This document shows, one piece after another, positions 57,016 through 64,000 of a DNA stretch of 64,000 bases; positions within the stretch are counted from its first letter, which is position 1; each line of letters starts with the position of its first letter. Source of the DNA: an uncultured delta proteobacterium (GTDB taxonomy: Bacteria > Desulfobacterota > Binatia > Bin18); assembly GCA_963733195.1 (NCBI GenBank), contig CAVTCR010000063.1, positions 37,580 through 101,579 of the forward strand. The letters are read 5' to 3'. A program made the position numbers and the translations under genes. The notes beneath the pieces were generated by a model. It saw nothing but the letters and a program-made list of their open reading frames with translations. It ran no database searches and was not told the origin of the DNA.

Positions 57016-57276
57016 ATGCCACGCTTCATCATTGAGCGGAACTTTGCCGAGCAACTCGAAGCGAATCGCGACGTTGCGACTGCAGTCACGCAAGTCAATA
57101 TGGATGTTGGCGTGCAGTGGCTATTCTCCTTTCTCAGTGCTGACAAGAAGAAGACGTACTGCCTGTACGAAGCGCCTAACGCCGAGGCGATTCGTGAGGC
57201 GGCGCGCCGGCTGAACATTCCGGCGGATGTGATCATCGAAGTTGATAGTGAGCTGCGGCCAGAGCAGTTCGCGTAG
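57016..57276 (+). CDS. DUF4242 family protein
   Basis: MPRFIIERNF...SADKKKTYCLYEAPNAEAIREAAR; RBS aggagg. Confidence 0.85.
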   Translation: MPRFIIERNFAEQLEANRDVATAVTQVNMDVGVQWLFSFLSADKKKTYCLYEAPNAEAIREAARRLNIPADVIIEVDSELRPEQFA

Positions 57277-57295
57277 TGAGCAGTTACGCGGAGGT

Positions 57296-57545
57296 GTCAT
57301 TGCGAGTTCTCCATAGTGCGGGCGCTAAGCGTGGAGGGAGAAACTTGATGCTCCTGGATTTCGGGTCGCGGCCTGCGGCCTTGCCCGGAATGACGAGCTA
57401 GTTGTTTTCGTCATTCCAGCGAAAGCTGGAATCCAGGAGAGGCAGGGGGCGGAGCATTTTGTTTCTGAGCAGCGACTGATGAGGAGCGAAGCAATCTTTG
57501 GCTGTAAAAGAGCTTGCTTCGTCGCCTACGGCTTCTCGCAATGAC
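57296..57545. repeat. Nested composite palindromic repeat, copy 2
   Basis: Outer perfect IR gtcattgcgag...ctcgcaatgac enclosing ccggaatgac...gtcattccagcgaaagctggaatcc. Confidence 0.85.
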
Positions 57546-57560
57546 GAATCCTCCTTTATC

Positions 57561-57785
57561 TCATAGCGTTGCCGTAATCTGTTCTTCCAACGCCCGCATG
57601 CCCAATTTACGAGCTGTGAGGAGTGCTGCCTTGAGCAATTCCCGAGCCTTCTCGCCATCGCCGGACTGGTCACGCGCCAGCAGCATAGTGGCGTATGGTA
57701 CTGAGTGTGCGTCAGCCAGGGCCAGGCTTCCATGCGGGTATTCATCGCCAGTGCGTCCTCGAAGTGTTGGCCTGCTTCGTCCCAT
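57561..57785 (-). pseudogene. Orphan C-terminal fragment of a copy-2-type cyclase-TPR gene, cut by IS66
   Basis: WDEAGQHFEDALAMNTRMEAWPWL...ATMLLARDQSGDGEKARELL...LGMRALEE; paralogous to 52830-53046. Confidence 0.85.
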
Positions 57786-59285
57786 GTAATTACTCACGAA
57801 TTTTGGGGAGCGAGGAACGGAAGGACAGGTGGCCCCATGAGATTGACTAGCATGTCGAAGACATTACGGTTTTGGAGCTTCGCGGTTTCAACGACTGTGG
57901 CGAGCACCGCATAGGCATGCGCCCTCCATGCCGAACGAAAGCCGTTGGTGACCTTGCGATGAATCACCGGAGACGTAGCGCCCGTTCACACGCATTGTTG
58001 TCGGGGGGAACGTCCGGGCAATGCAGAACGACCAAGAGATGGGTGCGATGTCGACGATAGCACTTTTGTAACCGACACGCCAACGTGCCCCGCACCCGGC
58101 GCTGCAGCAACTCCTCCAAGCGGTGCTCCACTGCCGTCACCCGCCGCGCATAGCCCCGCAGCGATAACTCCGGACATCGCTTCTCCAGATGGATCGCTTC
58201 CCGAAACAGGGCCTGCAGGGCAACTGCCCACTGCAACCGCGGCTGGCGCTCCCGCAGCCGTTCCAGGTCTCAGTCATGCGCCAAGCAGATCTGCCGCTGC
58301 TCCGCGGGTGCTGAGAGGTGGGCACTCAAACCCCTCACTCACCCACCAGGCCGCCTCGTGCGTCCCCATTACCTCCTCAATGACCTGCGCCCCCCGACTG
58401 GCGCGCATGAGAAAATAGACCTCCACCACACTCCGAAAGACCCACTGCCACCAGGTGCGCCCCACCACGCGCGTACTCGTCTCGTCACTGCCGATTACCC
58501 CACTCTGCGCCACTTGCTCGCCAATCGCTTTGGCCATCGGCTGGGCTTCGGCCCCGAGCTCGCTGCAGGACCGCAGTCCCCCCTCGCTAAGCGTCACGCT
58601 AAAGAGATCCTGACACAGCTGGACTCCCCGCTCATAACTCAGATGCTGTTCATGTTTGAGATAGACGATCATCGCGGCTAATCGCGGTCCGAAACTCCGT
58701 CCATTGTCAGCCCAGTCGGCCACTCTCCCCACGTGATCCGTTGACAGTCCGGACAGACCACCTCGGCTTGGCGGGTCTCAATCACAACGGGCGTGATGGG
58801 GGGCACTTCTGTCAGTTGATGGTGCAGGACGGCCCGCGGCTCGACCCCATGCAGGTCCGCCTGACAGTAGTCACAGCTCGCTCCCAGGGCCTCAATAATC
58901 CGGTCCGGCGTGGCGACCCACACCGGCGTCTGGCGCGCATGCCCAAACGGCGGCCCGTGCCTCTTCCGCTTGCGCTGTCCCGCGCGATTCCGCTTCACAT
59001 CTCGTGACGGCGGCTGCGAGGAGTTCTGCAACGTCAGCGGCGGAAGCGGCTCTTTCCCCACCTCGGCCTTGAGCTGCTGGTTCTCGGCCCTGAGCTGCCG
59101 GTTCTCGGCCTCCCATCGCTGCGCGGCAGTAATCAACTCTTTGACCAGCACGACCAATTCCGCGTGGGATAGCTTCCGCAATGTGTTCGGTCGTCGGCAG
59201 TGTCATTGTGGCGGGTAAAATAGCATAGCCCCTAGCTCCGAGTCAGAGCCTCAGAGGTGATGTCAGAAATGCCGTGAGTAATTAC
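57786..59285 (-). mobile_element. IS66-family element (single-ORF ISBst12-like), frameshifted transposase
   Basis: Perfect 13-bp terminal IR GTAATTACTCACG; coiled coil, NSSQPPS, CDYC/CPDC zinc finger, SDET, DNNACERALR motifs. Confidence 0.9.
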
Positions 59286-59981
59286 CGGCCAGTCTGCTGC
59301 GTCGCGATCTCAGTCATTGGCTGGAAATTAGTACGACCAGTCTGTTGTCATATTGTGTTTACCACTGACTGTGGGATGATGTACAACCCGACAATGCAGG
59401 CAACCAAAGACCAAGATATAGAACTCTGCCCGATAATCCCACGGCAACGGCATGCAACCACAGCGCATTTTATGGATCTGGTCCGTCTCCTCGTTTCGTT
59501 TCACGAAGCTCTTGGTCCTCGATATTCCTACCTGATAGAAGGATTTGTCGCAAAGTTTACGGACTATACCATATAGTGAAATGTTCGAGCGTGAAAAACA
59601 CGACTAATTGTAGATAACAGAGTGTTACTAACAACTTTGTGACGGTGGGGGCATGAAACATGGGCTCACAACGAATAATGAAAATGGGTTGTGTCGTCAG
59701 CGAGCCACTCCATTGCCTTGCGGCACTGCCAAGAGAAACCACTATTTTCGAGGAAATCCATCCCCTTCCTCTGCGGATGTCTTTGGCAGTACACCCGAAC
59801 ACCTACCAGCCGGGCAGGACCTCAGGCGGGGAATCGCGACCTCAATTCCCGCAAGACCGGGGACAACCTCGCGGCGGGCGCATCCTGGAGGGAAGCGTAT
59901 GAACAGCGGGCGACGCGAGCGTGTCGTCCCGCAGCGCCTGGTAACGCGGCGGGGGCCATCCCCGTGCCCAGGTCGCGCAGG

Positions 59982-61068
59982 TCATCGAACCGGCTCGGTG
60001 CCAGTCAGGTTCAGGGCCTCACACAAGTATTGATGCGCGAGGCTCAGCCGAACTCGGTGCCCCGGCCATAAGGATGCCGGCGCACCGAGCGGCGAGCCCC
60101 GCTGCTCGATGAGCTGGAACGCGACCCCCTCCGGATCCTTGAAGTTCAGGACACGACGCACTCCCCATTGCGGGCCAAAGTCCCATTCCTCGATACCGCC
60201 CATCACGATCGGATAGGCCTGCGCCCAGCGGGACCGCTTGAGGACCTCATGCGCCGCGTCGAGGTCGTCGACTTCGATAACACAGCGCATGATGCCGACG
60301 TGGGTGGGTTCGGCATAAGGTGTCGCCAGGCCGGGCGACTCAGCCACTGAGCCAGTCGAAGAAGACCAGCCCATTGCCGCGGACTCCGAAGAAGGCTCCG
60401 GTGAAGCCCGACTCGCCACCTCCAGGGGCGTAACATTGGGCACCTGGCCCTGCGTCTGCGCCCCCTGGAGGAAATCGAGGCCGAGCAGCTCGTGATAGAA
60501 CGGAAAATATTTGTCCACATCCGTGGTGTTGTGGGCAACGGTCACAGGCACCTGCGGAGCGGCGCCCGGCCCTAGCGTCACCTTGTCTACGAACTCGATC
60601 GCCACGCCATCGGGGTCGTGACGGTGAAGACGCGGTAATCGATCGCGCGCCCACCGGGATTGAAGCTGACCTTCGCTCGCGTGGTAGGCGCGAACGGCTC
60701 GCTGCCCTGTGCCATCACCGCCTCACGCGCCGCGTCGATGTCCTCGACGATGGGCACGATGCGGTACCAGCCGACATTGGCTTGCGAACGATAGGGCGTG
60801 CCGACCGGAGCGGGATTCTCCCACTGGACCAGGTGAATCATCGGCACCCCATGCGGCAGGGTGGCGTCCTTCAGTAGATCGCCCTTGAAGCTGCCCAACT
60901 CGATTCCGAAGCTGGGAAAACTCTGCGATACCTTGGTCCGCGCGACGACCCTGAGGGTCGTGGTTGCCTCGTACCAGGAGCGCGAGCGCTCAAGGTCGGT
61001 GACGTTCACGTCCCAGTGCGAGATGCGATTCAGGCGATCGTGAAGACCGCCCTAGCTCGGTCCGCCAT
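59982..61068 (-). CDS. Two-domain VOC/glyoxalase family protein, frameshifted
   Basis: HWDVNVTDLERSRSWYE, HVGIMRCVIEVDDLD, FKDPEGVAFQLIE. Confidence 0.7.
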
Positions 61069-61494
61069 GTTCCTTCTCTCCTTTGTGTGGATAGTCCCGA
61101 CGATAACGCTGAAGCGTACCGCGAGCGGCTACACTGCGCCCTTTGAGTTTCAGCAAAATCCCAACGTGGCTGCCATACGGTGGAACGGTGGGGCAGGCTC
61201 GTCTGCATTACGAGACTGGTCCCTCACGCCTGGTCATCTTTGGTTGTGTTCCCTGGGCTTCGGCGTCCATGCCGTGTCCTCGTTCCTAATAGCTCTGGGC
61301 TCACTGGCCGGGCTTGATCCTTTTCTTTTGTACAGAACCCTCCACGAGTGCCTCCTGGTCTCCTCTCTCGGGCCGAGCCTAACAGTTGAGGCAGCTCGAC
61401 AGGGGCGGCGGCCAATTTGCGCACGCAGATCGGATGACGCCACGTCGGGTCTGCTCCAACAAATGGTCGGACGGGGCCTGAACCACGAGAAGCG

Positions 61495-61765
61495 CGCTCA
61501 CCACTGGCGAAAGATCACACACACCCTGGGTCTCGTCTCGAACAGCCAACCCTAGTGACCCCCATGGCTTCCGCTCAACCGACTTCGCCTTCGGAATATG
61601 AAGAAGAAGAAGAGGAGGGGGGGGGGAAGGCTGCGAGATTTCGTCGTAGAGACTCTGGATGCCCGTCAGTTTGGATCGTGAGTTGGGCCGGTCCTTCGCC
61701 GCAAACTCGGCATCTTGGACGAGATAGGCCTTTGCTCCGTCGCGCTCGACCACCACGAGCTTATC
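61495..61765 (-). pseudogene. Degraded VOC family protein fragment
   Basis: VVERDGAKAYLVQDAEFAAKDRP...IQSLYDEIS...ERKPWG..AVRD; several indels. Confidence 0.5.
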
Positions 61766-62048
61766 GTCTGATGGAGTATCTTGAAGCCGAGGCAGCGCAC
61801 AAACAGAGCAAGCCCATCTTCTATCTCATGCGTAGAACACCTTGGGAATTAGCCGCATCAGCATTTTCAGTACTCCTTTGATGCTGTCGATGAGCGCTAA
61901 CATTCATGCACGGCAATGCTCCTGGCTATTAGCAGAGACATCTTCCGACAAATAGCCAGCACGGTCTACGGGTAGCCACGAGCTCTATACGGCTCGATGT
62001 AGCCAGTAAAGACTTGGGCTACCTCTCGGCCGTAATGCGTACTTATGA

Positions 62049-62483
62049 CTACACGAGCTTGAGCTCCTCTCGGCAGACCTTGCTGAAGGCGTACAGCGGG
62101 TCCAAGTCACCTGACGGAGTGATATCGGCGAATAGCCGCAGTTCCTTGTTCGGCGCAAAGTAGGTAGCGCCGATCTGGTTCATGACCCGTTCCGCTTCCT
62201 TGATAGTCTGCGGCTGGGCGAAGAGGCGAAGCGTACTCACGATCGCGTAGAGCTGCACGAGCTTGGCAGGATCGTCGAGCTCATGTTCGAACGCATCGGC
62301 AAAGAGCTTGGATGCCTCCCGAATGAATTCGCTGTACAGCGCTTCGCGACGGGCGCGATCCTGCAGGCGCAGCGTTGCTCGCGCCTGCGAATACTGCGTG
62401 ACCCAAGTGGTCGCAAACGAAGCGAGTGCGCCGATCGCGGAGCCGGCCAGTGCCGCCACGGTTGAAATGTAAGCTGCATCCAT
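62049..62483 (-). CDS. Hypothetical protein with N-terminal membrane helix
   Basis: 144-aa ORF with hydrophobic ALAGSAIGALAS N-terminus and helical C-domain. Confidence 0.7.
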   Translation of the reverse strand: MDAAYISTVAALAGSAIGALASFATTWVTQYSQARATLRLQDRARREALYSEFIREASKLFADAFEHELDDPAKLVQLYAIVSTLRLFAQPQTIKEAERVMNQIGATYFAPNKELRLFADITPSGDLDPLYAFSKVCREELKLV

Positions 62484-63036
62484 TTTTCACCCGCCAGCGT
62501 CGCCCCGCTCCACTCTCCTCGGAATGACAGGTGTCACTAGATCACGACCGACCAGACATCAGCGGCGTTTTCAGTCTCGCTGCCGTTCGCGCTGACGCCA
62601 TGATGATCGCCAGGTACTGCGGCGAAGCTCTCACCGGCGTAATACACCTTTTCCGACCGTCATTGACTTTGCTACGCATTGCACCCTCCAGGACCGTTGC
62701 CTAGATGAAAGACGAGTCTGGATGGGTATGCGCGGGCGATGGGCCACCGGCTGGTATTCGACAAGCACGCTTCATGCTCTTGCCGGGCACATTTGGAAGG
62801 GCGCGATCAAAGACCAGCGTTACCTCGACTTATCTAGACAAGGCATCGGCTGAAGCTGTGCTTACGAGAGAGCTGCGAAGGAAACTCGCAGAGAAATCTA
62901 GCGAACATTTGAGTTCTCCATCGTTGAGACCAATTCGTGGATACAAATCCACCGTAAGACGCCCTCATCCCGATCGACCTAATAGCGGTCAGAAGGTGTA
63001 TTCTTCGGAAAAACCTAGGCAGGGTGAACAGGCAGC

Positions 63037-63846
63037 TCACCGCCGGTCCGGCGGATTTACTCGATCTGGGCGTCGACCCTGCCTGGCTGACTTACCTCTG
63101 AGGTAGGAGCGGCTGAGCCAGTCCTCGAAACGGGTCGGGCCGATGCGCGGGTTATCGCCGGGCGTGAGGGATTGATCGTTCAGCTCTGCGCCGTAGTAGC
63201 GTGCGTGGACGTCGGTCGTCACGTGTCGCGCATCGCGATTTGCGCTCAGGACTCGCCGGGCGAGCTCGTCCATGCGGAGCGGTTCGGGGCCGGCCAGGTC
63301 GACAGTTCCATTTACCGGCGTACCCACTGCGACGGCGGCCAGCGCGGCGGCGACATCATCGGCTGCAACGGGCTGCATGAGAGCAGGTGGCAGGCGAACC
63401 GTGTCGCCGTCGGTGCTCCCATCGGCGATCCTGCCGATGAACTCGAAGAACTGGGTTGCGCGGAGAATCGTGTAGGGGACCGCGGCTGCCTTTATCGCCG
63501 CCTCCTGAGCGACCTTGGCGCGCATGTACCCGCTGTCGGGCACACGGTCGGCGCCGACGACCGACAGCGCAACGTGGTGTCCCACGCCAGCGGCGGCTTC
63601 TGCGGCCAGGAGGTTGCGGGCCGAGGTCTCGAAGAATGCCAGCACCGCCGCGTCCTCGAAGGAAGGCGAGTTCGATACGTCGACGACGACCTGGGCCCCC
63701 TCGAGCACCTCGGCCAGTCCCACACCGGTGAGTGTGTCGACGCCCGAGGCGGGTGACGCCGCCACCGCGTCATCGCCGCCTTCCCGAAGCTTCTTCACGA
63801 GTTTTGTCCCGATGAGCCCACTACCGCCAATTACCACGATCTTCAT
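63037..63846 (-). CDS. NmrA-like / atypical SDR NAD(P)H-binding protein
   Basis: MKIVVIGGSGLIG, GYMRAKVAQE, RATQFFEF. Confidence 0.88.
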   Translation of the reverse strand: MKIVVIGGSGLIGTKLVKKLREGGDDAVAASPASGVDTLTGVGLAEVLEGAQVVVDVSNSPSFEDAAVLAFFETSARNLLAAEAAAGVGHHVALSVVGADRVPDSGYMRAKVAQEAAIKAAAVPYTILRATQFFEFIGRIADGSTDGDTVRLPPALMQPVAADDVAAALAAVAVGTPVNGTVDLAGPEPLRMDELARRVLSANRDARHVTTDVHARYYGAELNDQSLTPGDNPRIGPTRFEDWLSRSYLRGKSARQGRRPDRVNPPDRR

Positions 63847-64000
63847 GATTCCCCTTTCGCTTTTCGCCCGTAATTCGGACGAGGGATATCGGAGACCTCT
63901 GGGAGTTATATTGAACTGGATTTCTCATTCGGGTTTTGCTCGGGGGTCATTCTGGGCAGTCACTTGACTGGCACTAGCACTGGAGCGCCCTTGTCCTTAA

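Noticed and set aside
52830-57785. Orphan C-terminal fragment as a DGR template for cyclase copy 2
   Set aside because: Many substitutions of all types at third codon positions, consistent with ordinary paralogue divergence
59286-59980. Short ORFs and a possible IS end (cggcactgccaag)
   Set aside because: No partner repeat or protein motif could be identified

Overview
Bacterial chromosomal window of moderate to high GC. The gene content, and the expanded 'MTFDEVL...' class III cyclase-AAA-TPR family, suggest a deltaproteobacterial-type lineage such as Binatota; this is an inference. It opens with a type I restriction-modification hsdM next to the 3' end of tRNA-Ala(CGC). Core genes include TonB-like, tatA, plsC, rnj, ftsK, lolA, malic enzyme, yebC-ruvCAB and asnS. 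Catabolic genes include SDRs, a thiolase with OB-fold partner, a D-aminoacylase, an LLM monooxygenase and a hydrolase. Also present are a desaturase/HTTM-DCC operon, two tandem OmpA lipoproteins, a YbhGFSR-like ABC exporter, and a mobile-rich right end (ISAs1, IS66, TA modules). Many ORFs carry single-base frameshifts that look like long-read or assembly indels. Best lead: an NtrY-like histidine kinase followed by one ORF fusing an intact NtrX-type receiver domain to an intact LpxC, i.e. possible direct two-component phospho-control of lipid A synthesis. Second lead: cyclase-STAND-TPR genes and orphan C-terminal TPR modules, most preceded by toxin-antitoxin modules, with different C-termini and REP/heptamer repeats inserted in-frame at the same loops.
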